The notes under the pieces: model-generated
Database searches by the model: none
Seen by the model: only the letters and a program-made list of their open reading frames with translations
What the model was told of the DNA's origin: nothing
Program-made: the position numbers and the translations under genes
Part shown: positions 51,201 through 64,000 of the stretch, in pieces
Layout of the letters: the number at the start of each line of letters is the position of its first letter
How positions within the stretch are numbered: position 1 is the stretch's first letter
DNA from: Dendrobates tinctorius
Lineage: Eukaryota
Direction of reading: 5' to 3'
Length of the DNA: 64,000 bases
NCBI RefSeq assembly: GCF_039654945.1
Contig: NW_027361869.1
Coordinates: 7,626,001-7,690,000 of the forward strand

Positions 51201-52444
51201 CCTGCAGAACTGCATGATCAGTGGCTCCAACTTATCCCTAAAGAGAGGTATAATCAGTGCAACCACATTGTCCCCGCAAAGCTGTATGATCAGTGTCAAC
51301 ACCTCGTCCTTGCAGAGCTGTATGATCAGTGTCACCACCTCTTCCCTGCAGAGCTGTATGATCAGTGACACCACCTCATACCTGCAGAGCTGCATGATCA
51401 GTGCCACCATCTTATCCACACAGAGCTGTTTGATCAATACCACCACCTACTCCCTGCAGAGCTATAAGATCAGTGACACAACCTTGTCCCTGCAGAGCCT
51501 TATGATCAGTGCCACCGCCTCCTCCCCACAGAGCTGTATGATCAGTGCAACCACCTCATCCCTGCAGAGCTGTATCTTCAGTGCCACCACCTCATACCTG
51601 CAGAGCTGTATGATCAGTGCCACTACCTCATCCCTGCAAACCAGTATGTTTAGTGCCACAACCTCCTCCCTGTAGAGCTGTCTGATCAGTGCCACAACCT
51701 TGTCCGCGCTGATCTGTATGTACAGTGCCACCACCTTTTCCCTGCAGACATGTATGATCAGTGCCACCACCTTGTCGCCGCAGAACTGTATAATCAGTGC
51801 CACCACCTTGTCACCGCATGAACAGTGCCACCAGTTGGTCTGCACAGAGTTGTATGATCAGTACCACTACCTAGTCCTCTCACAGCTGTTGAATCAGTGC
51901 CACCGCCTACTCCTTGCAGAGCTGTATGATCAGTGCCACCACCTAATCCCTGCAGAGCTATTTGATCAGTGCCACCACGTCATCCGCTCAGAGCTATTTG
52001 ATCAGTGCCACCATCTTGTCCGCGCAAAGCTGTATGATCAGTGCCACCACCTTGTCCCTGCAGAGCTATATGATGAGTGCTACCACCTCATCCCTGCAGA
52101 CCTGTACGATCAGTGCCACCACATCATCCCTGCAGAGCTTTATCATCAGTGCCACCATCTTGTCCCCGCAGAGCTGTATGATCAGTGCCACCACCTCCTC
52201 CCTGCAGAGCTGTATGATTAGTACCACCACCTCATCCTTGTAGAGCTTTAAGATCAGTGCCACCACCTTGTCCACGCTGAGCTGTATGTTCAGTGCCACC
52301 AACTCCTTCCTGCAGAGCTGTATGATCAGTGCCACGACCTTGTCCCCGCAAAGCTGTAACATAAGTGCCACCACTTTGTCCCCGCAGAGCTGTATGATCT
52401 GTGCCACCACTTACTCCCTGCAGAGCTGTATGATCAGTGCCAAC

Positions 52445-53240
52445 TGTTATGATTGAGTCACCGTAGGAGGCAGACACAAAAATAGAAGCTACGTCCAGAA
52501 AACCAGAGAAGTTGGCAACTATCAGATTGCAGACCCATGAACCTATCAACAAAACTAGCAGCAGCCGTGGGGGGTTCCTACGGTGCCCTAGACCCCTCGA
52601 TCACAGCCGGAGAGCTAAATAGCCTAAAGACAGAAAAGGAAATCTAAACTGCCCCAGAGCAGACCCCAAAGTAAAAGGCAGCCCCCAACATATAATGACG
52701 GTGAAGCAAGATGAAAAAACACTCACACAAATAGAAAGATAGGCTGAGCAAACGATGGGGCCCAAGCTAACTAAACAGAACAGGAAAGGAAGGTTGCTGT
52801 CTGCAATCTGCCAAAACCATATCAAAGACATAAGCCAACAAGCTGATTTGGAAAAAGACCCTGAAGCAGCTAGGCTTCAAAAACTAAATCAGCACTCAGG
52901 TATTTTCAGAAGACAGAGCTAAAGGAATTCAGCTCACCCCAGCAGGGAATGGCAGAAATCCAGAAAAACAAAGCAAAACAAAGTCAAAGCACAAATGCAA
53001 AAAGCCGAGCAGAAAACTTAGCTTTAGAAGACCAGGAATTCAGACTGGTTTCCAAGGATCCCACAGAGAAATCACCCGCAGGGCAGAAGGGCGTCGGCGG
53101 CCTTATATCCAGTCAGTAACTCCACCAGCCAGTCATCATCATTAGGCTCAGGTGTTTGATAATCAGGCTCACTACCTTTCTTTACCAGAAGAGGGAGTTC
53201 ATTGGGCCTCAGTAGTGAAGGGGAAAATGAACTCACAACA
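52445..53240 (-). mobile_element. Solo LTR of the Gypsy element
   Basis: TGTTATGATTGAG...CTCACAACA, near-identical to 44691-45487, with the same GCCAAC flanks. Confidence 0.95.
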
Positions 53241-53478
53241 GCCAACATCTCCTCCCTGCAAAGCTGTCTAATCAGTGCCACCACCTCCTCTCTGCAGAGC
53301 TTTATGATCAGTGCCACCACCTGGTCCTCGCAGAGCTGTATGATCCGTACCACCACCTTGTCGCTGCAGAGGTGTATGATCAGTGCCACCACTTCATCCA
53401 GGCAGAGCTCTATAATGAGTGCCACCACCTCGTCCCTGCTGACCTGTATGATCGGTGCCACCACCTCGTCCCTGCAGA

Positions 53479-53731
53479 GTTCTTCAGTGTTTTGTTCGCT
53501 GGCTCCACTTCATCTCCTCTTCCTCTTGCTGTCTGGGTACCTCAGGGCTCAGTCCTTGGCCCCCATCTCTTCCCTCTCTATACAGCCCCAATTGGACAGA
53601 CCATCAGCAAATTTGGCTTTCGGTACCATCTTTATGCTGATGACACACAACTGTATACGTCTTCCCCCGACCTTACCCTTCTGTAATACAGAACGCCAGT
53701 GACTGTCTGCCCGCAGTCTCCAATATCATCA
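53479..53731 (+). mobile_element. L2 RT fragment (copy 2)
   Basis: Same as 46133-46385. Confidence 0.88.
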
Positions 53732-56700
53732 GAACCGTATGATCAGTGCCACCATCTATTCCCTGCAGAGCTGTATGATCAGTGCCACCACCTATTCCCT
53801 TCAGAGCTGTATGATCAGTGCCACCACCTCCTCCCTGTTGAGCTGTATGATCAGTACCACCACCTCCTCCCTGTTGAGCTGTATGATCAGTACCACCACC
53901 TTGTCGCCGCAGAGGTGTATGATCAGTGTCACCACCTTGTCCCCGCAGAGCTGTATGATCAGTGCCACAACCTCATCCCTGCAGAACCGCATGATCAGTG
54001 CCTCCAACTTATCCCTAAAGATATATATATAATCAGTGCAACCACATTGTCCCCGCAAAGCTGTATGATCAGTGCCACACCTCATCCTTGCAAAACTGTA
54101 TGATCAGTGTCACCACCTCTTCCCTGCAGAGCTGTACGATCTGTGCCACTACCTCATTCCTGCAAAGCTGTATGATTAGTGCCACCACCTCGTCACTTCA
54201 GAACTGTATGGTTAGTGCCACCACCTCCTCCCTGTTGAGCTGTAAGATCAGTGCCACCACCTCCTCCCTGTTGAGCTGTATGATCAGTACCACCACCTTG
54301 TCGCCGCAGAGGTGTATGATCAGTGTCACCACCTTGTCCCCGCAGAGCTGTATGATCAGTGCCACAACCTCATCCCTGCAGAACCGCATGATCAGTGCCT
54401 CCAACTTATCCCTAAAGATATATATAATCAGTGCAACCACATTGTCCCCGCAAAGCTGTATGATCAGTGCCATACCTCATCCTTGCAAAACTGTATGATC
54501 AGTGTCACCACCTCTTCCCTGCAGAGCTGTACGATCTGTGCCACTACCTCATTCCTGCAAAGCTGTATGATTAGTGCCACCACCTCGTCACTTCAGAACT
54601 GTATGGTTAGTGCCACCACCTCGTCACTGCAGAACTGTATGATCAGTGCCACCACCTATTCCCTTCAGAGCAGTGTGATCAGTGCCACCACCTCCTCCCT
54701 GCAGAGCTGTATGATCAGTACCACCACCTTGTGGCCGCAGAGGTGTATGATCAGTGTCACCACCTCTTCCCTGCAGAGCTGTATGATCAGTGCCACCAAC
54801 TTCTCCCTGCAGAGCTGTGTGTTCAGTGCCACCACCTCCTCCCTGAAGAGCTGTATGATCAGTGCCACCACCTCCTCCCTGCTGAACTGTATAATTAGTG
54901 CCACCACCTCATCCCTGCAGAGCTGTAAGATCTGTGACACAACCTTGTCCCTGCAGAGCCTTATGGTCAGTGCCACCGCCTCCTCACCACAGTGCTGTAT
55001 GATCAGTGCAACCACCTCATCCCTGCAGAGCTGTATCTTCAGTGCCACCACCTCATCCCTGCAGAGCTGTAAGATCAGTGACACTACCTCATCCCTGCAA
55101 ACAAGTATGTTCAGTGCCACCACCTCCTCCCTGTAGAGCTGTCTTATCAGTACCACCACTATGTCCGTGCTGAGCTGTATGTTCAGTGCCACCACCTTTC
55201 CCTGCAGTGCTGTATGTTCAGTGCCACCAACTCCTCCCTGTAGAGCTGTCTGATCAGTACCACCACTTTGTCCACGCTGAGCTGTATGTTCAGTGCCACC
55301 ACCTTTCCCTGCAGTGCTGTATGTTCAGCGCCACCACCTCCTCCCTGCAGAGCTGTATGATCAGTACCACCACCTTGTCCCCTCAGAGCTGTATGATCAG
55401 TGCCACAACCTCATCCCTGCAGAACCGCATGATCAGTGCCTCCAACTTATCCCGAAAGAGATATATAATCAGTGCAACCACATTGTCCCCGCAAAGCTGT
55501 ATGATCAGTGCCAACACCTCATCCTTGCAGAGCTGTTTGATCAGTGCCACCAACTCCTCCCTGCAGAGCTGCAAGATCATTGCCACCATCTTATCCACAC
55601 AGAGCTGTATGATCAGTGCCACCACCTCCTCCCTGCAGAGCTGTATGATCAATGCCACCACCTCCTCCCCGCAGAACTGTATGATCAGTGCCACCACCTC
55701 ATCCCTGCAGAGCTTTAAGATCAGTGACTCAACCTTGTCCCTGCAGAGACTTATGATCAGTGCAACCACCTCATCCTTGCAGAACTGTATCTTCAGTGCC
55801 ACCACCTCACCCCTGCAGAGCTGTATAATCAGTGCCACTACCTCATCCCGGCAAACAAGTATTTTCAGTGCCACCACCTCCTTCCTGTAGAGCTGTCTGA
55901 TCAGTGCCACCACCTTGTCTGCGCTGAGCTGTATAATCAGTGCCACCACCTCTTCCCTGCAGAGCAGTATGATTAGTACCTCCACCTCATCCTTGCAAAG
56001 CTATAAGATCAGAGCCACCACCTTGTCCATGCTGAGCTATATGTTCAGTGCCACCACCTTGTCCCCGCAAAGCTGTATCATAAGTGCCACCACTTTGTCC
56101 GAGCAGAGATGTATGATCAGTGCTATCAAATTGTCCACACAGAGCTGTATGATCAGTGCCACCACCTCCTCTCTGCAGAGCTGTATGATCAGTGCCACAA
56201 CCTCATCCTTGCAGAACCACATGATCAGTGCCTCCAACTTATCCCTAAAGAGATGTATAATCAGTACAACCACATTGTCCCCGTAAAGATGTATGATCAG
56301 TGCCACCACCTTGTCTGCGCAAGGCTGTGATCAGTGCAACCACATTGTCCCCGCAAAGCTGTATGATCAGTGCCAACACCTCATCCTTGCAGATCTGTAT
56401 GATAAGTGTCACCTCCTCTTCCCTGCAGAGCTGTATGATCAGTGCCACCAACTCCTCCCTGCAGAGCTGTATGATCAGTGCCACCATCTTAGCCACACAG
56501 AGCTGTATTATCAGTGCCACAACCTACTCCCTGCAGAGCTGTGTGATCAGTGCCACCACCTCCTCCCTGCAGAACTGTATGATCAGTGCCACCACTTCAT
56601 CCATGCAGAGCTGTAAGATCAGTGACACAACCTTGTCCCTGCAGAGCCTTATGATCAGTGCCACCGCCTCCTCCCCAAAGAGCTGTATGATCAGTGCAAC

Positions 56701-56849
56701 CACCTCATCCCTGCAGAGCTGTATCGTCAGTGCCACCACCTCATCCCTGCAGAGCTGTATGATCAGTGCCACTACCTCATCCCTGTAAACAAGTATGTTC
56801 AGTGCCACCACCTCCTCCCTGTAGAGCTGTATGATCATTGCCACCATCT

Positions 56850-57950
56850 TATCCACACAGAGCTGTATGATCAGTGCCACCACCTCCTCCCTGCAGAGCT
56901 GTATGATCATTGCCACCATCTTATCCACACAGAGCTGTATGATCAGTGCCACCACCTCCTCCCTGCAGAACTGTATGAACAGTGCCACCACCTCATCCCT
57001 GCAGAGCTTTAAGATTATTGACACAACCTTGTCTCTGCAGATCCTTATGATCAGTGCAACCAACTCATCCCTGCAGACCTGTATCTTCAGTGCCGCCACC
57101 TCATCCCTGCAGAGCTGTATAATCAGTGCCACTACCTCATCCCGGCAAACAAGTATGTTCAGTGCCACCACCTCCTCCCTGTAGAGCTGTCTGATCAGTG
57201 CCACCACCTTGTCCGCGCTGAGCTGTATGATCAGTGCCACCACCTCCTCCCTGCAGAGCTGTATGATCATTGCCACCATCTTATCCACACAGAACTGTAT
57301 GATCAGTGCCACCACCTCCTCCCTGCAGAACTGTATGAACAGTGCCACCACCTCATCCCTGCAGAGATTTAAGATTATTGACACAACCTTGTCTCTGCAG
57401 ATCCTTATGATCAGTGCAACCAACTCATCCCTGCAGACCTGTATCTTCAGTGCCGCCACCTCATCCCTGCAGAGCTGTATAATCAGTGCCACTACCTCAT
57501 CCCGGCAAACAAGTATGTTCAGTGCCACCACCTCCTCCCTGTAGAGCTGTCTGATCAGTGCCACCACCTTGTCCGCGCTGAGCTGTATGATCAGTGCCAC
57601 CACCTCCTCCCTGCAGAGCTGTATGATCATTGCCACCATCTTATCCACACAGAGCTGTATGATCAGTGCCACCACCTCCTCCCTGCAGAACTGTATGAAC
57701 AGTGCCACCACCTCATCCCTGCAGAGCTTTAAGATTATTGACACAACCTTGTCTCTGCAGATCCTTATGATCAGTGCAACCAACTCATCCCTGCAGACCT
57801 GTATCTTCAGTGCCGCCACCTCATCCCTGCAGAGCTGTATAATCAGTGCCACTACCTCATCCCGGCAAACAAGTATGTTCAGTGCCACCACCTCCTCCCT
57901 GTAGAGCTGTCTCATCAGTGCCACCACCTTGTCCGCGCTGAGCTGTATGT
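56850..57950 (+). repeat. Higher-order repeat: 360-bp (10-monomer) block x3
   Basis: Near-identical text at 57181, 57541 and 57901; ORFs 57209 and 57569 are 360 apart. Confidence 0.9.
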
Positions 57951-58298
57951 TCAGTGCCACCACCTTTCCATGCAGAGCTGTATGATCAGTGTCAACACCT
58001 TGTCGCCGCAGAACTGTATAATCAGTGCCACCATATTGCCACCGCAAAGCTGTATGATCAGTGCCACCACCTAGTCCCCGCTGAGCTGTATGTTCAGTGC
58101 CACCACCTTTTCCCTGCAGAGCTGTTTGTTCAGTGCCACCACCTTTCCATGCAGAGCTGTATGATCAGTGTCACCACCTTGTCGCCTCAGAACTGTATAA
58201 TCAGTGCCACCACATTGCCACCGCAAAGCTGTATGATCAGTGCCACCACCTAGTCCCCGCAGAGCTGTATGATCAGTGCCACCGCCTACTCCTTGCAG

Positions 58299-58625
58299 GC
58301 GTATCTATCCACCTGACGAAGGAGATTTATTTCCGAAACGCCCGTCGGGGCATGTTCTTATACAACTCACATAGCGTCAATCGGCTTACAGGTATTTTAC
58401 ACTTTGTGTTTTGTTGCACACGCCTTAGTGCGATTTGAATTTTTTGCACAGCTGCACCTCTGCACTTTGGGCACATTCATTATACATATATTTATTTTCT
58501 TTTTATGTAATTATCCTTGTGTCACTATATATATGCATTTTTGTACCTGGTTCATTAATTAAGCCTTTTTGATATGGATTGGTTTTTCCATTATCCATAA
58601 ACACATGGCTAATGTGATTGGATAC

Positions 58626-58683
<58 letters not shown>

Positions 58684-58864
58684 TTTTTTTTTTTTTTTTT
58701 TTATGCACTTAATTGTTGTGTCAATATTTTAATAAAGGCATCTTTATTTAAAAAAATAAAAATTGTGCCATTTATTATTATCATTGTTATTATTTTTATC
58801 ATTCATGTAGCATCTTTTTTATCCTGTGGGATTTCTCATTCCCATCCATCTTTGAGTTATTTTT
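58299..58864 (+). mobile_element. AT-rich insert with a minimal hammerhead motif, copy 2 (expanded (TA)n/Tn)
   Basis: Paralog of 47716-48246 with the same TCCTTGCAG flanks. Confidence 0.65.
58307..58350 (+). ncRNA. Putative minimal type I hammerhead ribozyme
   Basis: CUGACGA, stem II GGAGA/UUUCC, GAAA, short stem III AC-GCCC-GU, cleavage triplet GUC (58344-46); weak stem I CCAC/GGGG. Confidence 0.55.
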
Positions 58865-61800
58865 TCCTTGCAGAACTGTATGATCAGTGCCACCACGTCC
58901 TCCGCTCAGGGCTACATGATCAGTGCCACCACCTTGTCCACGCAAAGCTGTATGATCAGTGCCACCACCTCATCCCTGCAGAGCTTTATGATTAGTGCCA
59001 CCATCTTGTCCCCGCAGAGCTGTATGATCAGTGCCACCACCTCCTCCCTGCAGAGCTGTATGATTAGTACCTCCACCTAATCCTTGTAGAGCTTTAAGAT
59101 CAGAGCCACCACCTTGTCCACGCTGAGCTATATGTTCAGTGCCACCACCTTGTCCCCGCAAAGCTGTATCATAAGTGCCACTACTTTGTCCGAGCAGAGC
59201 TGTATGATCAGTGCCATCAAATTGTCCACACAGAGCTGTATGATCAGTGCCACCATCTCCTCCCTGTAAAGCTGTATAATCAGTGCCACCACCTCCTCTC
59301 TGCAGAGCTGTATGATCAGTGCCACCACCTCACCCCTGCAGAGCTTTATGATCAGTGCCACCACCTGGTCCTTGCAGAGCTGTATGATCAGTACCACCAC
59401 CTTGTCGCCACAGAGGTGTATGATCAGTGTCACCAACTTTTCCCTGCAGAGCTGTATGATCAGTGCCACCACTTCATCCCTGCAGGGCTGTATGATCTGT
59501 GCTACTGAATCATCCCTGCAGAACTGCATGATCAGTGCCACGACCTCGTCACTGCAGAGCTGTATGATCAGTGCCACCACCTTGTCCCAACAAAGCTGTA
59601 TCATAAGTGCCAACACTTTGTCCGAGCAGAGCTGTATGATCAGTGCCATCAAATTGTCCCGGGAGAGCTGTATGATCAGTGCCACCACCTACTCCCTGCA
59701 GAGCTGTATGATCAGTGCCACCATCTCCTCCCTGCAAAGCTGTATAATCAGTGCCACCACCTCCTCCCTGCAAAGCAGTATGATTAGTGCCACCACCTCG
59801 TTACTGCTGAACTTTATGATCAGTGCCACCGCCTATTCCCTTCAGAGCTGTATGATCAGTGCCACCACCTCCTCCCTGCAGAGCTGTATGATCAGTACCA
59901 GCACCTTGTCGCCACAGACGTGTATAATCAGTGTCACCACCTTGTCCCCGCAGAGGTGTATGATCAGTGCCACCTCCTCGTCCCTGTAGAGCTGTATGAT
60001 CTGAGCCACTATCTCATCCCTGCAGACCTGTATGATCAGTGCCACCACATCATCCCTGCAGAGCTTTATGATCAGTGCCACCATCTTGTCCCCGCAGAGC
60101 TGTATGATCAGTACCACCACCTTGTTGCTGCAGAGGTGTATGATCAGTGCCACCACCTCCTCCCTGCAGAGCTGTATGATCAGTACCAGCACCTTGTCGC
60201 CACAGACGTGTATAATCAGTGTCACCACCTTGTCCCCGCAGAGGTGTATGATCAGTGCCACCACCTCCTCTCTGCAGAGCTGTATGATCAGTGCCACCAC
60301 CTCATCCCTGCAGAGCTTTATGATCAGTGCCACCACCTGGTCCTTGCAGAGCTGTATGATCAGTACCATCACCTTGTCGCCACAAAGGTGTATGATCAGT
60401 GTCACCAACTTTTCCCTGCAGAGCTGTATGATCAGTGCCACCCTTTCATCCCTGCAGGGCTGTATGATCTGTGCTACTGAATCATCCCTGCAGAACTGCA
60501 TGATCATTGCCACAACCTCGTCACTGCAGAGCTGTATGATCAGTGCCACCACCTTGTAGCCGCAGAACTGTATAATCAGTGCCACCACCTTGTCACCACA
60601 AAGTTGTATGATCAGTGCCACCAGTTGGTCAGCACAGAGCTGTAAGATCAGTGCCACCGCCTACTCCTTGCAGAGCTGTATGATCATTGCCACCACCTAA
60701 TCCCTGCAGAGCTATTTGATCAGTCCACCACGTCATCCCCTCAGAGCTATATGATCAGTGCCACCACCTTGTCCACGCAAAGCTGTATGATCAGTGCCAC
60801 CACCTCCTCCCTGCAAAGCAGTATGATTAGTGCCACCAACTCGTCACTGCAGAACTTTATGATCAGTGCCACCACCTATTCCCTTCAGAGCTGTATGATC
60901 AGTGCCACCACCTCCTCTCTGCAGAGCTGTATGATCAGTACCACCACCTTGTCGCCGCAGAGGTATATTATCAGTGTCACCACCTTGTCCCCGCAGAGCT
61001 GTATGATCAGTGCCACATCCTCATCCCTGCAGAGCTGTGTGATCTGTGCCACTACCTCATCCCTTCAGAGCTGTATGATCAGTGCCACTAACTCATACCT
61101 GCAGAGCTGTATGATCAGTGCCACAACCTCATCCCTGCATAACTGCATGATCAGTGCCTCCAACTTATCCCTAAAGAGATGTATAATGAGTGCAACCACA
61201 TTGTCCCCGCAAAGCTGTATGATCAGTGCCAACACCTCGTCCTTGCAGAGCTGTATGATCAGTGTCACCACCTCTTCCCTGCAGAGCTGCATTATCAGTG
61301 CCACCATCTTATCCACACAGAGCTGAATGATCAATGCCACCACATACTCCCTGCCGAGCTGTAAGATCAGTGACACAACCTTGTCCCCACAGAGCTGTAT
61401 GATCATTGCAACCACCTCATCCCTGCAGAGCTGAATCTTCAGTGCCACCACCTCATACCTGCAGAGCTGTATGATCAGAGCCACTACCTTATCCCTGCAA
61501 ACCAGGATGTTCAGTGCCAAAACCTCCTCCCTGTAGAGCTGTCTGATCAGTGCCACCACCTTGTCCGTGCTGAGCTGTATGTTCAGTGTCACCTCCTTTT
61601 CCCTTCAGACCTGTATGATCAGTGCCACCACCTTGTCACCGCAGAACTGTATAATCAGTGCCATCACCTTGTCACCGCAAAGTTGCATGATCAGTGCCAC
61701 CAGTTGGTCAGCACAGAGCTGTATGATCAGTGCCACCACCTCCTCCCTGTAGAGCTGTCTGATCAGTGCCACCACCTTGTCCGCGCTGAGCTGTATGTTC

Positions 61801-62065
61801 AGTGTCACCTCCTTTTCCCTTCAGACCTGTATGATCAGTGCCAGCACCTTGTCACCGCAGAACTGTATAATCAGTGCCATCACCTTGTCACCGCAAAGTT
61901 GCATGATCAGTGCCACCAGTTGGTCAGCACAGAGCTGTATGATCAGTGCCACCAACTCCTCCCTGCAGAGCTGTATGATCAGTGCCACCAACTCCTCCCT
62001 GCAGAACTGCATGATCAGTGCCACCACCTCGTCACTACAGAGCTGTATGATCAGTCCACCATCTT

Positions 62066-62208
62066 GGCTGTTTGAGGACACAAATCTGTGCGCGATCCAC
62101 GCTAAGAGGGTCACCATCATGCCCAAAGATATCCAGCTAGCCCGCTGGATCCGTGGGGAGAGAGCTTAGATCTGTCCTGCTCACCTGACTGCAACACAAA
62201 GGCTCTTT
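62066..62208 (+). pseudogene. Histone H3 3' fragment (copy 2)
   Basis: [33 protein letters not shown]; ends at AAAGGCTCTTT. Confidence 0.93.
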
Positions 62209-62407
62209 CCAGCATCAATGTGCTCTCCATCTGCATGTTATACCCCGTCCCCCATTTTTTTCCTGTATGATCAGTGCCACCTCCTCCTCCCCCGCAGAGC
62301 TGTATGATCAGTGCCACCACTTCATCCCTGCAGAGTTCTATAATGAGTGCCACCACCTCGTCCCTGCTGACCTGTATGATCGGTGCCACCACCTCGTCCC
62401 TGCAGAG

Positions 62408-62660
62408 TTCTTCAGTGTTTTGTTCTCTGGCTCCACTTCATTTCCTCTTCCTCTTGCTGTCTGGGTACCTCAGGGCTCAGTCCTTGGCCCCCATCTCTTC
62501 TCTCTCTATACAGCCCCAATTGGACAGACCATCAGCAAATTTGGCTTTCGGTACCATCTTTATGCTGATGACACACAACTGTATACGTCTTCCCCCGACC
62601 TTACCCCTCTGTAATACAGAACGCCAGTGACTGTCTGTCCGCAGTCTCCAATATCATCAG
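62408..62660 (+). mobile_element. L2 RT fragment (copy 3)
   Basis: Same as 46133-46385. Confidence 0.88.
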
Positions 62661-62962
62661 AACCGTATGATCAGTGCCACCATCTATTCCCTGCAGAGCA
62701 GTATGACCAGTACTGCCAACACATCCCTGCAAAGCTGTATGATCTGTACCACCACCTAGTCGCCACAAAGAAGTATGATCAGTGCCACCACCTCGCCCCT
62801 GCAGAGCTGTATGATTACTGCCACTGCCTCATCCCTGCAGAGCTGTATGATCAGTGCCACAACCTCATCCCTGCAGAAATGGATGATCAGTGCCTCCAAC
62901 TTATCCCTAAAGAGATGTATAATCAGTGCAACCACATTGTCCCCGTAACGATGTATGATCAG

Positions 62963-64000
62963 TAGAGTTGAGCGATACCAGCCGATACTTGAAAATATCG
63001 GATCGGAATGGATCGGCCGATCTTTAAAAAAAGTATCGGTATCGCCGATTCCGATACCGGGAACCAATGCAAGTCAATGGGGCCAAAATATCGGAATTAA
63101 AAAAAACCCTTTCTTTCCTTGTAGGTTAATTCTACATGAAGAAAAACAACTAAGAATAATGTAGAATGTATTGTGGGAGGTGGAGGAGACATTAAAGCCA
63201 TAGAGGTTTAGCCCAATCAAATGGAATAGCAGGAATTAAACTTTTTTTTTAAAGATGTTAGGAGTTACAAAGATATTGACTATGTTAGCCTCATTTATAT
63301 TTTGCCAGACATGTATGTCTTCTTCTTCTACTTCCTTTTTTTACATTCTTCTTCTTCTTCTTCTACTTCCTTTTTTTACATTCTTCTTCTTCTTCTTCTA
63401 CTTCCTTTTTTTACATTCTTCTTCTTCTTCTTCTACTTCCTTTTTTTACATTCTTCTTCTTATTCCTTTTTTTACATTCTTCTTCTTCNNNNNNNNNNNN
63501 NNNNNNNNNNNNNNNNNNNNNNNNNNNNNNNNNNNNNNNNNNNNNNNNNNNNNNNNNNNNNNNNNNNNNNNNNNNNNNNNNNNNNNNNNNNNNNNNNNNN
63601 NNNNNNNNNNNNNNNNNNNNNNNNNNNNNNNNNNNNNTCTTCTTATTCAACAATTATTATTCTACATATTCAGCTTCTTCATCTTCTTCCTATTCTTCTT
63701 CATCATATTCTTGTTTGTGTCAGGCATTCCTGTAGTTGTTATCTAGAAAAGTTAGAAGTTTACACCTTCCGTTGTGCCTGTCACAAAAGATTTACAACAG
63801 GATTTGTCCGCGTTCAGTTTGGCCTGCAGCAGCAGGCCTTTTCCAGGGGCACCACGAGGAGGAACGGACTCACCCCCATACACTGCTTAGTCTTCTTCTG
63901 CTTATAAATAAGATAATATCATTTGCTCAGAGTATTAGTCTTATGCTTAATGTTCTTCTGCTTTGTTTTTTTTATGCTTCTTTGTCTTCTCTCTCTTGTT
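62963..64000. mobile_element. End of a second hAT-family element (continues out of window); contains a TTC-rich simple repeat and N gap 63489-63637
   Basis: Begins TAGAGTTGAGCGA, the same 13-bp TIR as 6730-6742; CCGAT-rich subterminal repeats; AAGTCAATG motif; preceded by ATGATCAG (nTnnnnAn). Confidence 0.8.

Noticed and set aside
52439-52444. Identical GCCAAC target at two Gypsy sites as sequence-specific integration
   Set aside because: Shared flanking monomer variants indicate duplication of a single insertion.
61777-62169. Satellite-H3 fusion ORF as a novel histone variant
   Set aside because: Only the last ~33 H3 codons, no promoter and a broken stem-loop; the in-frame join is incidental.
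63255-63907. Phe/Leu/Ser-rich ORFs
   Set aside because: TTC-rich simple repeat spanning an N gap.

Overview
Eukaryotic, most likely anuran (frog) DNA; the organism is inferred from the histone sequences and the repeat families. The window holds a replication-dependent histone cluster (H4, H1, H3, H4, H2B/H2A; about 9.6-20.7 kb) embedded in roughly 18 kb (about 500 units, estimated) of a 36-bp tandem repeat, consensus CAGTGCCACCACCTCCTCCCTGCAGAGCTGTATGAT. Main finding: this satellite is continuous with the 3' end of the H1 gene and looks like a tandem amplification of the histone pre-mRNA 3'-processing signal. Each unit has the 3' arm of the stem-loop, the ACCAC cleavage site and the U7-binding HDE AGAGCTGTA, always in the sense orientation of the + strand histone genes. 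Mobile elements are inserted in the satellite: an intact hAT transposon, a second hAT end, an L2 LINE carrying a nested near-intact CR1, and a Tf1/sushi-type chromodomain Gypsy element with a self-priming signature. The Gypsy carries a nested defective class I ERV (tRNA-Lys PBS, near-intact env). There are also a Gypsy solo LTR, Penelope-like inserts with minimal hammerhead ribozyme motifs, and captured H3 and L2 fragments. A 3-4 kb inverted duplication flanks H1-H3. The many ORFs in the satellite are artefacts of its 12-codon period.
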